64,000 nt of DNA from Azolla caroliniana (lineage: Eukaryota; Plantae; Polypodiophyta). Below the pieces are notes generated by a model that was not told the origin of the DNA, did no database searches, and saw nothing but the letters and a program-made list of their open reading frames with translations. The stretch covers positions 2,666,001 to 2,730,000 of the forward strand of contig JBHGNT010000009.1 of assembly GCA_043228905.1 (NCBI GenBank), in the 5' to 3' direction. The translations under genes and the position numbers were made by a program. Positions 1-12,850 of the stretch are shown one piece after another. Position 1 is the first letter of the stretch, and each line of letters opens with the position of its first letter.

Positions 1-251
1 TTAAGCCCACCTTCCAGCTCTCAGGCATGAAACCAGAATCCCAACATTGCTGAAACATTTGTGTGAATGGAGTCTTAAGCATGTTAGCATACTTCTTAAA
101 AACTTCATTTGTAACACCATCCCAGTCAAGGCTTTTACCATTTGGAATGTGTCACAATACCTTTTCCACCTCAACTTCCAATTCTTGACAAATATTTGTA
201 TTCATGACACTCCCAATTACATTATAAAACTCTTGTCGTGCTTTCGAGACA
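1..251 (-). mobile_element. L1-like LINE ORF2 remnant (start of the RT region)
   Basis: Minus-strand translation LEVEVEKVL*HIPNGKSLDWDGVTNEVFKKYANMLKTPFTQMFQQCWDSGFMPESWKVGL resembles the 'KAPGPDG...G..P..W' segment that opens LINE RT; it contains a stop codon. Confidence 0.75.
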
Positions 252-2132
252 TGTAGCGGTCGGCCCGAGTGCCGGCGTTTGTCCTATAGGAGAGATCGGT
301 GGCGGCAGGTGAACGTGACCAGTAGAGGAGGTCGGACTACAGCGAGAGGAAAATGGCAAGCGGTGCTGCCGCAACCTTACACACACTGGTTCTAGACACT
401 CCAGCAGTCGGCCCGAGAGCCGGCGTGAGACCTAGAGTAAAACACGGTAGTGGCGGCAAGGCGGGCAACCGAAAGCAGAAGGGGAGGTCCCACGAGATCC
501 TCCCACCAATCCGGCAGTCGACCCGAGTGCCGGCGTGAGCCTTATAGGAAAGGACGGTGGCGCCAAATGAATGTGATCGGACAACGAAGGTAGAGCAACA
601 AGGAGGTATCGGGCCGAAGAGGCGGGCCACAAACCAAAACCGGACCTTCTGGCAAGGTCGATGGAAGGAAAGGGGAAGAAGAAAAGTAAACCGGTCCTAT
701 GGGATCCTCACACCAATCCGGAGACACCGGCAGTTCGAGCCGACATGGCAACGTGAGACCGAGTGAGAAGGATGGTGGCGGCAGGAAACGAGAACCGGTG
801 ATGTGAAGTGCGGATGGGCAAACCTACGGTGATCCTCACACCGACAATTCAAGCCGACATGGCAACGTGAGCCCAAGTGTGAAGGATGGTGGCGGCAGGT
901 GAACAGGGTCAAGAAAAGGGAACTAACAAGGCTAGAGTTGACGAGGGCCAAACCATTACAGGCCGATTACAATTTCGGAGGGAAGCCAGTATATGGGCTA
1001 GCTGAGCGGAACAAGAGATGTACGAGTGGCCATCAAGGACCGAAGCAAGCACGAGTACGGGCGGCGTTCGGCACAAGCAGTGCCGAACAAGAAAGGCCGG
1101 AAACACCACACGGCACACGGGAAGAACCAACAGAGCGACATGCGCGGCATGCAAGGGTGCGGAATCCGGCGTACAACCGAAGTGACCAGGGGAGTTCGGG
1201 AGAACCGATCGAGGGAGGAAGGCGCGAACGTCAGATGCGATGGATCGGATGGAGCCAATGGATCAGGGCCGGTAACGAGCCGACGGGACGGACGGGTGCC
1301 GGTAAGGCAGAGGACTAGTTAATCACCGTCGCCGGAATCTCTCACCCTTTTTCCCTCTTGGCACATGCCAGTGGATGTGCGGTTTGGTGGGGGTGGATGT
1401 CGTGGAGATTTCCGGCTATAATGTGAAACCGGGGTAGAATAGGGCAAATCGGTGGTGTGCAACATGTGCACATATATAGTAGGAAACGGTGTATAGAATA
1501 AAGGGGAGTATTTTTCCCACATTTTAACACTCTCCCTTCCTTGGTCTATAAAAGGAGGGAGGGGGTCCCTTGTTGGGGGTTGCCAACTTTGAGTTAGGAG
1601 GGTATATCGTTAGAGTTAGGGTTAGGCAGTTTCTCTTATTCTTGCTTCGTTCTAGGGTTTCATCTTAGTAGTTTTCTTTCTTTCTTCTTCTTCTTCGTTG
1701 TCGTGTGGGTTGAGAGTTCGTGTCTATTTAGGGTTTGCTTCTGCTCGGTCCCTTGTGCAAGACCCCGCTCGGCGCGACGAGCCTGAGAGCTCCCCGATCG
1801 GCGGCTTGGCAGCAGACTGCTGTTGTAACCTAACCTACCTTGGTTCGGCTCGAAGCTGGGGCTGTATCTTTTCCCTTGTGATATATATACTCATATCAAT
1901 TTGTGCATATTGATGTATTTGGCGGTGTCGGGAGCATAGCCCCTTTGTTTCCTGTCCATAAGAGTCAGTGTCGCGCACATGCTCTTTCTCTCTTTTCTCT
2001 CTCTCTCTCTCTCTCGTGTTCGGTTGCCCCTGGGACGTGTTCGGAGTCGGTTTCTCGGCATCCCTTCCTCCCTCGTCCCACTGATAACCATGGTCCCACC
2101 CTTTTGACACACACGCGCGTAATAATGTGACA
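252..2132 (+). mobile_element. probable solo LTR (~1.9 kb, Gypsy-like) inside LINE ORF2
   Basis: GC-rich block starting TGTAGC (252) and ending GTGACA (2132); TATA-like CTATAAAAGG at ~1546; degenerate internal repeats (GTCGGCCCGAGTGCCGGCGT at ~259, 407, 517; AGCCGACATGGCAACGTGAG at ~738, 852); LINE ORF2 sequence on both sides; no matching TSD. Confidence 0.6.
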
Positions 2133-4140
2133 ACGTCCCACTGATAACCATGGATACATTGAAGACCATAACTCAATGCGTTGATTAGCATTATTGGGTG
2201 CATAGATTCCTACCAACCATATCAAATCCTCAAAATAGTTGACTTCCATCACCAAAAAACGTCCATATGGATCATTATAGACTATATGTGGACAAAACGA
2301 ATCACGAATAATGATGACAACCCCTAAGTAATGATGTGATAATTGTCTTGCATAATATGCGGAATATCCACATAAATGTAAAACAGATCCTACTAAATCA
2401 TGACACTTATGTTCAACTGCACATAAAACATCCCAATCTTTATCAAATAAAGTTTTCCATAATATATATTTCTAAAGAGGAGAAGATACCCCTCTCACAT
2501 TCCATGATACCACTTTCATTTAACACCTTTGGTAAGAACTTGCTCTTTCTGAGCAAGTGTATTCATGAATGTACTAACTACTTGTTCAAGAGTTGCATAA
2601 GAATTTGTGTGTACTACATCCCCTCCACCAATATTAGGGTTTTGTTGTCTAGCTCCATGAGAACGAAGTCCTTGATTTAATTGAGATCGTACCACCCTTC
2701 CTAAAGAATCGAATTGTAATTGGTTGGACAATCTCTGATTTCACACTTGTTTCTGCCAAGGATTTTTCTTAAACCCCTCCTTCAATCTCAAATTATCTTT
2801 TGGTAATGTCGTACCATAAGTATTTTTTGATTCCCTTTGTATGGCGACACCCTTCCCTTTTATCTTATGCTTCACTTGATGCCACTCTCCATCTTCAACA
2901 TTTGGGCCATCATTATTACATGCTCCATTCTCGTCCCCAACACCTCTAATATGACCATGAACTTTAGGATATCTCAAAATAAAATTATGAGGAGATTTTA
3001 TTGTTACATAAAATAAAATAATGATTGCAATGTAAAATATGTTGCTCTAAACTTGAATGCCCAACTCAAATATTGCAGAGCACAAATTTTCTACCACGCC
3101 ATCATGTTTACATATTTGAAATTTAGATTTTTAGTAAGTTCTCTCCTTGAATTTTTAGTAAGTTCTCGCTCTAACCCATGAGATGTTCCCTCATCCATGA
3201 CCATATCAACCATTGAGACAATATCCTTCTCAACATCTTCCTTATTTGTCCCTTTGACATTATTTTCTGGGGATAGTTCACCATGATATTGGCATTCAGC
3301 CATAAAATGCCCCAATTTACCACATTTAAAACAATGTCCTGCAAAAGTTTCCCATTGAAGCTTAAAACGAAATCGACCAAATCGAGATGTATCAATACTC
3401 AACCACCCTGGAAGTTTACAACTTGTATCCCATAACATGTAAAATCTACATTTGTTCAACGAATTAACATGAGGAGCAACCAAAACTTTACTAATTTGGG
3501 ACATCAATCCTGGTAGTAAATCCCAAAAGAATGAGTTACTAAAATCAACAGTCACCCAAATTGGACATTGTTGTTTTAATAAATCTTTATAATCCACCCC
3601 TGGAACCCATTCCATCACATGCACTAATCTTCTATAAAAAAAGATTGGTACCTTTGCCATCAAAGCTCTACGATGTTCTGACGATCGAAAAACTACATCA
3701 TAGAAACCTCTTGGACCCACATACACATCCTCAACACAATTAGGCATTATGAATGAATTCAACCATTGTTTAATCCATGATACCAAAGGAAGTTTGCTAG
3801 TGAAATACAAAATAACACCACGATCATAGAACCTGTTAAAAGTTGCTAACATAGAGTTGGTCTCCATCACCACCTCGACAACATCCTCCTCCACACAATC
3901 TTTAGTATCTTTCTCATTTTTTTCCATAAAATCGGAAAGCAAAGCCTTAACAAAATCACAACGACTATCAATATCATAATCACCTCCAATAACATATTTC
4001 CCACCAAGAATAGCAGCATATGATGTTTTCTCATGTTTTGTAGAATCAATACACTTTTGGCTCTTGTAATTTTCATAACCATCATCACTACCACATGCAT
4101 CAACAATCATCAACTCACTTCATGTTGTTGTGTCAACCAT
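2133..4140 (-). mobile_element. decayed L1-like LINE: ORF1 (DUF4283-like + zinc knuckle) and start of ORF2 (APE endonuclease)
   Basis: ORF 3091..4113 has CFKCGKLGHFMAEC and a DUF4283-like region (GPRGFYDVVF...PIWV); broken ORF1 continues to 2516. ORF2 starts at 2519 (MKVVSWNVRG...VGIYAPN, an APE signature) and overlaps the ORF1 stop as ATGA. Confidence 0.85.
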
Positions 4141-4316
4141 CCTAATAGAGATTGAGATAACTAACCTGAGATGATGACACTTTTGCTTCTAGCTTCTTGT
4201 AACGAACGAGCCAAAAATCATAAAAAACGGAGTTCTAAGGACAAAGTTACATCATAAACATGTCTCAACACTATTCTTGAAATGTCATCGTGTTTTTCGT
4301 CTCTCTCTTTTTATCG

Positions 4317-4516
4317 TAATTACCTTACCCTAGCGGTAAGTCGATAACACTACAAGCACTATGTCTTGGGTTCGAAACCCAATTTCCTCGCCTCTCTATT
4401 ATATACTTCATATATATCTCTATTTCACTAGATGCCACTGTGGAATGTAGGGGTTGAACCCATGACCACTTGGTCTCCATTGGGCAACCTTACCAACTGA
4501 GCTACATCCATCTGGG
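4317..4516 (-). mobile_element. tRNA-derived SINE-like bipartite element (copy 1)
   Basis: Minus-strand module with A box TAGCTCAGTTGG and B box GGTTCAACCC, plus a plus-strand module with CCCTAGCGGTAAG...GGTTCGAAACCC; homologous to 12156-12490; flanked by (CT)n. Confidence 0.6.
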
Positions 4517-4533
4517 CTCTCTCTCTCTCTCTC

Positions 4534-4642
4534 TCATATATATCTCTATTTCACTAGATGCCATTGTGGAATGTAGGGGTTGAACCCATGACCACTTGGT
4601 CTCCATTGGGCAACCTTACCAACTGAGCTACATCCATCTGGG
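4534..4642 (-). repeat. tandem duplicate of the tRNA-like module (copy of ~4408-4516)
   Basis: Near-identical repeat separated by (CT)n. Confidence 0.85.
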
Positions 4643-5009
4643 CTCTCTCTCTCTCTCTCTCTCTCTCCCCCCCCTCATTGTTCATAAGATTAGTGTTAAG
4701 TGCTTTACTCGAAGGCTTATGCTAATATCCATGTGTTTGATTGTGGAGTATCATCACTAATCAACACATGACGTTTGCTTTATTTAACTAATAGGTTTAA
4801 TACTTAAGCCCTATTCTTGTACTATTACCTTCTTAGTTGCAATAATTATTTAAGAAAGAAGTGGAAGTGTTTGCCCAATCATCACTCTCAACCATATTGC
4901 CAACACAAGGGAAAACAATGACTGAACCCTCACACGTGACTTTGGGAAGGAGGTAGAACTCCTACCTAGAGAAAGAAGTGCACTTGATGCAACACATCTT
5001 GAGGTGACA

Positions 5010-5460
5010 CAGGTATGTGACTTGATGGAGTCTCTGTATCACTTGAATGAGTTAGAAAAATAGGTGATACAGTGGAGTCAATATATGACTCCAATGAATT
5101 AGAAAACAAGAGACTAAATGGAATCATTGTATGAATTAAATGAGTCGAAAAATAGGTGAGTAGATGGAATTCGGCTTGAGTAACCAGACATTGGTGAGAT
5201 TCCAATGCCTTGGAAACATAACAATTGCTTTGCAAGGTTCGTTTATGGAGTGTGAGTCAAGGCCTAAGATCACTCAAATGAGTCAACAAGTAGGTGACTA
5301 GATATAATCAAAATATGACTCCAATGAGTAAGATAATAGGTGACTTCATAGAGTCACTATGTGCTTAGAAAGAATCAAATAATAGGTGACTCCATGGAGT
5401 CACTATGTGACTTGAACAAACCACACAATTAGGTTATTCACTAGACTCACTATTTCCTGG
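5010..5460. repeat. degenerate tandem array of AATAGGTGACT/GAGTCA/TGACTC motifs, probably TE-derived
   Basis: AATAGGTGA recurs at ~5059, 5151, 5335, 5381 with GAGTCA...TGACTC motifs between. Confidence 0.5.
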
Positions 5461-7822
5461 AATTCAAGGGAAGTAACAATTGCAAATATAATATTTCTTA
5501 AAGATTGATAAGTGCGATAAGTACAATGTACTTAAGGAATCTCTTAAAGAAAATAAGAACACAACGAAAAAATAAACTAATAAAATGTAATTTAAAAAAT
5601 TTAATTGAATTAATAAGTGACTATAGAACTACAATCACATGATTAAACATATGGAAGATTAGGTTCATTAGGGAGTTAATTGCTATATGGAGCTCTTTGA
5701 GCTCTCGTTCTACTTAAGTAGCTCTTGTGAACTTACGTTTCCCATGGGATTTTACGAGAAACTCAGTTGAAGGCTTCACTCTTTGTCTTATTCCCCAACA
5801 ACAACGGCAATGTGGGAAGTTTATTGGACTTACATCGTTCTAATTAGTCTTACATAACTAACCTTTAACCCAAGTCCACAGGGCCGAGATAATGTCTACT
5901 CTAATTGTTTGCAATATGAGTATGAGTTGTTAGTTTACTCCTAAACTTACTAACAAATAACAATAAATGATTGAGCAAACTCTAAACTTAATACTTAACC
6001 TCGCACTCAAGATGTCAAGTCTTAATCTAGCATGCTTAATTACTTAAATATTGAGACTAATATTACCAGAAAGCACATATACACTTATTTAACTAATATA
6101 GAGAACATGCCATTATTAACAAGCTGGAATGCAAATACCCGGCTTATTGATGACTGCCTAGTACTACGAATCAAGACATCCTAAGTCTTAACCAACATAT
6201 TTTTATTTCCATGAAGTTCTTAATATTCAACAGACCCTACTTTATCCCATCTCATGACCTGTGATGATCTTTCCCATCTCATCCACTAATCCTCCCAATC
6301 ACCTATACGGAAGTTCACTTGTACAATTTGTTTTATCAATGCTTAACTAGACACAACATAGAAAAACAAAGAAATAGGGTAATAATATTACCCTATTCCT
6401 TTGTTTTTCTATTGATTCAATTGCAACAACTATATGTAATGTTATGAACTTGGTTTGTGTTCCTCAATGAGCTAATCTTGACATCTTCACAAACTAAAGT
6501 TTGGCCACAAATACCTTGCATGCAAGTCAATTTGCATTCCTTCTATAAGCATCGTCCAACTTTTATCGTCACAGTAACAACAATTGCAAATAGAGTCACA
6601 ACACAATATGATGATGTACTTTGTAATGCAGAACATTCAAGCTTGCCATGGCAACAAATGTTGAGAAGGAAATGGATCAAATGATGAAGACGATTAAAAT
6701 TGATTGAGAAGAAGCCCTCGTAAAACACTTCATGGAATACCTAGCAATTGAAGGATCAATTGCACACCAATGGAAAACGGAGGTTAAGTGAAGGCGATAA
6801 AACAATAGTTGAGACAATTGCATGCAAATTAGTTGGCGTCCTGATGTTAGTTCATATCACATTGTGGGAAGCAAATCTACTGCAAGCACACTTCAGTTTC
6901 AAACATGCTGCAACTCACTTTCAGAAGTCCAAATGTCCATTACTTGTGCATGTCCAAAACTATTCCAGAAGCAATACTATTTGGGACTATTTTGAGATTT
7001 CTATTACTCATAACTTCTACTGTAGTTCTGTTCATGTACAAATAAAAACACTGCTTGTTTGGGCCAAGAAGTATCTCTACATCACATGCCAAGCTACAAC
7101 CCAGGAAAGCATATGAGCCAAAACAGGAGCAACACTATTACGAAAAATCTACCAACACACAGGTAAATGAACAATGAATGTAAGTTAATTTTTCCTTCTC
7201 TGAATGAAAGTCACTGAGCAAAGCTCTTGTATGATAATGATTATTGCTTCATAAAGGAATGCAGGTGCTTCAAACTTCAGCAACCATGTTTATGGTGTTT
7301 ACAACAGAGCAAACTACATTGTGATACAGCATGACTAAGAAAAACGTGTTTGCAATTAAAACATGGTTTCCAGCATGTATTTCTAGGAAGCATTATCCTC
7401 CATCAACACATCTAGAAGGCTTAATTGGTATTGAATGATAATTAGTTGAATCCTACAGAATTCAGAGGACCAACATAAGATACATAAATTTGTCTTTGAA
7501 ATGGAAGACATAGACTAAAAAATAGCTCCACTATCATCAATCAACATTACTAAACATGATGTTTTGGAGAAAACAAATTTGATGTTGTTTTCTGTGGATC
7601 CGTAAAGCAAATGTTTCGCAAAATATGGAGAAAAATAAGACTGATTATCATAGGTTGGCAAAACATACATAAGGGATATCAATGAAAAAACAATGCATCA
7701 GAATGTAAGATTGATATCGCGTTTCTTCTTTTCTCAATCCAGAACATGTTCTTAAATTTTCTTTTGTGTCACTACCTGTAGATCTACACATGATAGTTCG
7801 GAGATTCAAAGGACCAAAAAAT

Positions 7823-9327
7823 TCAAAACTCCAAACCATTCTCTCGTGCTGAGTCAGCGAGGGCTTTTACTCGACCATGATAAACAAAACCTCCTCTATC
7901 AAATGCAACTTTTGTGATACCTTTGGCAATGCATGCCTTTGCAATCTCTTCACCAATCCTCTTCGCAGCATCCTATCATTGCATGGATTAGAGTGAAATG
8001 AAGATATGTCCAAGAAACTTGCAATAACAATGCTAGAATGAAAAGAGGGCAGCTCACGAAAAAAAACTTGTGTAACAATGGTAGAATGAAAAAACATGTC
8101 AGAAAAATTGTAGAAGAAAAAAGACATTACTTTCAAGTCAGCATTTAAGCTATGGGATACTAATCACAAACAAAGAATCTCAAGGTACACCAAGTATGAT
8201 AACATAAATTTACTAATGAAAATGATTTGTGGAGAGAAAAACTTTACTTACAATAGTAGGCCCCGCAGATAGATCAAGCTCTTCCCGAAGATTCTTTTGA
8301 ATGGTTGATGCAGAAGCCAAAGTGCAGCCTTTGGTGTCATCAATAACCTGAGCATACATGTGCTGATTCGAGCGGAATACTGAAAGCCTTGGCCTCTCAG
8401 GAGTGCCATTCAGCTACAATTCCATCATCATCATCACCACCGTCCCCATCAATATGTCAAGAAGCACCATTTTCAGGTTTGTTTTTTATTTTGAAAAATA
8501 ATAATAATTTTGCATTCGACTCACATTTTTAACAGTTGTCTCAGCCTCCTTTCCTTCATTCTTGCATCTACATCCTTAATTTTCATTTACTTGTTTTGTT
8601 TTAAAAACTTTCCTTTTTACCATCCTCATCTATCTTACATTGTGCAATGCTCAACTCCTTCACACTTGCCTCCTTTCAATTTTATTGCTCTGCGTACCTA
8701 ATGACTCTCCACCATTCCTAACAATGCCTATGCAATGAAGTTTGAAATTCTTAAAGGTTTCCATGTTATCCATGTTGAAGTTCCTAACTTTTAGCACGTA
8801 AATTCAGTCTGGCAATAATATATTTCTAAATGTGTCAAAATTAAACCTGCACTCAACATTCACCATTTTCATGATCATCATCACATAAACATGACACGAC
8901 CATGGCTATTCACCATGACCATCACATCACGTCATATCATCCGTCACCATCACCATCACCATCACCTCTCTTCATCTTCAATGAATAGAGAAAGAAAAGA
9001 ACAAAAAACTAACCACACTAGAAAGAAAAGACTCACTTTTTTCCTGATACGGTCATGGCGGATTTTCACAGTTTCTCTCCTCGTTTTCTCCTTGGCCTGG
9101 ATGGAAGGTAATTGGAAGGAGGATCCTGCATGTGGTCATGGAAATACCACAATTAGTATCAAGAGAGAGAGAGAGAAAACACAAGGCAAGGAAATGCATC
9201 TAAGTGAATAGAGAGGTTATGTACCTGCAGAATGTTTACAATAGGAATGAGAAAGGGAGGAAGAAGAAAGAAGGGAGAGGGAGGCAACAGAATCTGAGAG
9301 AACAGAAGCGAAGCTAAGGCTTGCCAT
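7823..9327 (-). CDS. RPL18: plastid 50S ribosomal protein L18 (uL18c) precursor, 167 aa
   Basis: Exons 9327-9225, 9125-9037, 8413-8252, 7972-7823, all GT-AG and in frame. Ser-rich transit peptide followed by [34 protein letters not shown]...[29 protein letters not shown]. Confidence 0.95.
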
Positions 9328-9437
9328 GGTCACAAAACAGATAAGGCTGGAGGAAGAAGGAAAAGGAGGAAGGCCAAATACATACATATAATGAAGAGAA
9401 GGGCCAGGCAATGTGTATAGACTGTCCCACGGTATGC

Positions 9438-9538
9438 TATGTATGTATGTATGTAATGTATGTATGTATGTACGTATGTATATGCATATGTGTGTGTCTC
9501 TATGTGTGTATGTATGTATGTATGTATGTATGTATGTA
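9438..9538. repeat. (TATG)n microsatellite upstream of RPL18
   Basis: Seen directly. Confidence 0.9.
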
Positions 9539-9929
9539 GTTTGTGTCTATTCGCTACCAAAATCATAAAGAGGCCTCGCGAGGGAATCGTGGTCTGTGGC
9601 CACAGACGGTGCACGCTTTCTTTCCGAGAGCGTGTAGTGTATCATCTGCGCCATCAGATCTTTATCCCCCAAAAAAACATGATATCATAAAATCTTGATT
9701 TCTAGTTGCCCGAGTAGGCCAACCATTCAAATCACAATTGCCTCGCACGAATTAGTAGCCCGACTTGACACTCTACACTCGCCCAACAGATTTTCGTAGC
9801 CCCACCCAAGGAGCAAGCCAACTATTTGTAATAGCCTGACTTATAGTCGCATTCGACTAAAACCCTAACATCTTGTCATTATTCCCACTTTTTTGAAACG
9901 ATGATCAAGGTTTTAGGAGGGATGAAGCC

Positions 9930-11300
9930 ATCATCACCTGCACCTACATCTGCATCTTCCTCCATCTCCAAGAGGTGACCAACCTTCTACTGATCGAGTG
10001 GATCGACAGATTTGATAAAAAGGACCTTGCTCGTGTCGAGCACTATCCAGTCCAGTTCTGACAGTCACGCAAATTGCTTCTTGAACTCCTGGAGAAGTTC
10101 TTATGTGTTCCTTCCCTTCTTGGGGAGCTCGACCCACTCCATAAGCTCCCTCTTCAACAATTGGAGCAAGTCATTGAAGCCGTACCTTTCGAGGAGTCGC
10201 TCTTAGAACTCCGGGCAATTACTGCAGTCGGCCTACATTTCGAACACTTGGCGTGCATGCTTGGTGTCACGACCCGGGGAAACGCGAGCAGTCGTCTGTC
10301 GTCCGGAATGTCTCTCATCAACATTTCGGCCTCAAAGGCCTCCAGGTAATTTGTGACATCCTTCCTATTTAATCGGCCCGTTGTGTTGACTATTGTTTCG
10401 ATGGCTCTATCGAGCCCTGCTGAGCTCTCTCGAGCGTTCATAAGGCAGTCCACGACGACCGTCGTTGCTTATGCTAGCTTGCTTCCCCTCATCCTAAACT
10501 CCTTAGCCACCCTTTCACGTCGGGTTCACCAAAGATTTTCGCGGATATCCGCATGTACATATCGGATCGGGGGGAACTAGGGGGGTCTTGGACTAGGGAG
10601 TCGAGATGAGTGGTTGCGAAGCCTGCAGCGTTCTAGCACACTCGATTGCCAGGGATCTTTATAGAGCACATGGGCTCATGGAACCTATATCCGACCCGGC
10701 ACGATCGCCAGATTCCAGAAAACTGAGCGCACAGGCTCTCAAACTCAATGAGTAAATGCAAAAAGGAGGAGAGAAAACACGCCTCCCTGGAAACAACAAA
10801 TGAGACGCGGGACACAACACACGATGGAGCAGAGAACATAGAAAGTATCTAGATACTGCAAACTCAGTAAATAATAATCAGAAACAATACAAAGAATGGC
10901 CGTCGACTGGGATATAGGGCCACGAGCTCAACAAAACGTATCGACTGGTGAGCCTCTACTCAAGAGCACACGAGTTTCCTACGCAAGCAAAGGCCTCACC
11001 AACACCTAACCAAATGCACAAAGCAGAGAATTGACACTCAATAGCACAAACCAACAAAACTTCTCCCTCCAAAAATGATGATCAACCCCCCCTACCGGTC
11101 TCCCCCCTCCCTCCTTTTATAGTCCAAGGAGGGTCAGTTACATCAGTAGTAAAGACAGTCGTTTCTGTTTTCACACACTTTTATTCCCCTCCTTTCGAGG
11201 ATCATAAAGTAGCTATTTAACACTCCCTACCTTGTACTTATTAGTCCTAGGTTATTTACAATAGTTTATACAAGAACCCCTTTCTATGTCCATCCGTGCA
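9930..11300 (-). mobile_element. Gypsy-like LTR retrotransposon remnant (frameshifted gag plus upstream LTR-like region)
   Basis: Minus-strand LDRAIETIVNTTGRLNRKDVTNYLEAFEAEM...LAFPRVV is gag-like; minus-strand CTATAAAAGGAGGGAGG at ~11107-11123 matches the TATA context of the LTR at 1546. Boundaries are approximate. Confidence 0.55.
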
Positions 11301-11562
11301 TGCCCTTGTTCACACACGATCGGTGAGTCTTTCTTCTTGTGGCCAGAATCCTCTATGGCAGCATTGTGATCAACCGGATTTTTCGATAGAGCAACAACAC
11401 CCTGGTTGTCGTTGTAGACAACTTGAGCCAAATTGGGATCGACTTGTTACAATGTACACGCCAGCCGACCAAGCCATAGAGCCTCTTTTGTCACGTCGAA
11501 CACGGCTACATAGGCCTTCGTCATTGAAGTGGTCGTCCACTCTTGAAGTTTCGACTTCCAAC

Positions 11563-11685
11563 ATTGGGTCATTTGAAACAGGTAATATGTCGCATTTTAA
11601 GAATTGTCCATAAAAAAAAGGCACAAAATAGGTCGTTTCAGAAAAATAAGTGCCGCATGCATAAAGGTTTTTAAAAAATGACCCA
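11563..11685. mobile_element. small MITE-like element with TTGGGTCATTT / AAATGACCCAA inverted ends
   Basis: 11-bp terminal inverted repeat about 120 bp apart; no TSD seen. Confidence 0.35.
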
Positions 11686-12155
11686 AAATGTATTGATTGT
11701 TAGCATGTCCAAAAGTTTAGGGCTCTCAAAAAATGCTTAAATAATAGTGTTACTTGTGGTATTGTAAGTGTATGAGTGTATAAGTGATGCTACATGGATA
11801 GATAAATGTAAAGTCTTGTGTTAAAAGTCATGTTGTAAGTGTGTGCAAGTATACACAAGAGTAAGAGTGAGTATATTAATATGTGTAAACACATGCACAT
11901 TTATGTGAATGTGTGCAAAAGATGGAATAGTGTTGTAAAGTGGTTCTACGTTGTTAGAAGGTTATGTAACTAACCTACAAGCCTCATTGGATGTTCCTGG
12001 ATTGTGATCCTCATGTAATGTACTTATATAACCCCACCATAGGGGACATGAATACAAGTAGTAGAAGTTTTCCCTCTCAATAATTGTGTCTCTCTCTCTC
12101 CCCCTCATGCTCAACCCCCTTGGGAGGGTAGGGTATCCAAGCCACCCATCAACAA

Positions 12156-12276
12156 GGTTCAACCCCTACATTCCACAGTGGCTTCTAGTGTAATAGAGAG
12201 GTTTGATTTGGGTTTCGAACCCAAGGTGTAGTGTTAGTAGTGTAAACGACTTACCACTAGAGTAAGCTAATTACAA

Positions 12277-12310
<34 letters not shown>

Positions 12311-12490
12311 AAGCGAGCTTAATTGGTAAGGTCCATCTCTCCCAATGGAGACCAGGTGGTCATGGGTTCAACCCCTACATTCCACAATGGCATATCTATG
12401 AAGTAATAGAGACGGGAGAAATTTGGGTTTCAAACCTAAGATGTAGTGCTAATAGTGTAAACAACTTACCACTAGGGTAAGCTAATTATA
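12156..12490 (+). mobile_element. two tandem copies of the bipartite tRNA-like element (12156-12274, 5'-truncated; 12316-12490)
   Basis: Both align to the reverse complement of 4317-4516; separated and followed by (GA)n. Confidence 0.65.
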
Positions 12491-12510
12491 ACAAAAATAA
12501 TAATAATAAA

Positions 12511-12583
<73 letters not shown>

Positions 12584-12593
12584 ATAAAGTAAC

Positions 12594-12850
12594 TAGGAAT
12601 TGGCAACGGTTCATTTTGGTTTAATTGGTTTGCTGGTTTAGGAGTTTTCAAACCTAAACCAAACTAAACCCTAAACCGGTTTAGGCCAAACTGATTAATC
12701 CTAACTGGTTTGTGAACATATTTCCAGTTTGGGAACCGGTTTGGCAGGGCTCAAGCCGAACCACAACAAGCTCAAACTGGATAAGGAAGCTTATACTTGA
12801 ACTTAGTCGAACCACAAAACCATTTAAAAATGGTTTAACAGCTCGATTCC
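12594..12850. mobile_element. truncated end of a hAT-like element with AAACC/GGTTT motifs
   Basis: Starts TAGGAATTGGCAACGGTTC; motif content resembles the MITE at 32333; no second TIR found. Confidence 0.35.

Noticed and set aside
337-1322. many overlapping Arg/Gly-rich ORFs
   Set aside because: By-product of GC-rich LTR repeats; no recognisable domains.
4440-4510. functional tRNA gene
   Set aside because: The D and anticodon arms do not fold properly, and copies are dispersed and diverged, so it is SINE-like.
9330-9690. YIHT / MYVC ORFs (also near 20400, 55100 and 62000-62500)
   Set aside because: Translations of (TATG)n and (CT)n microsatellites.
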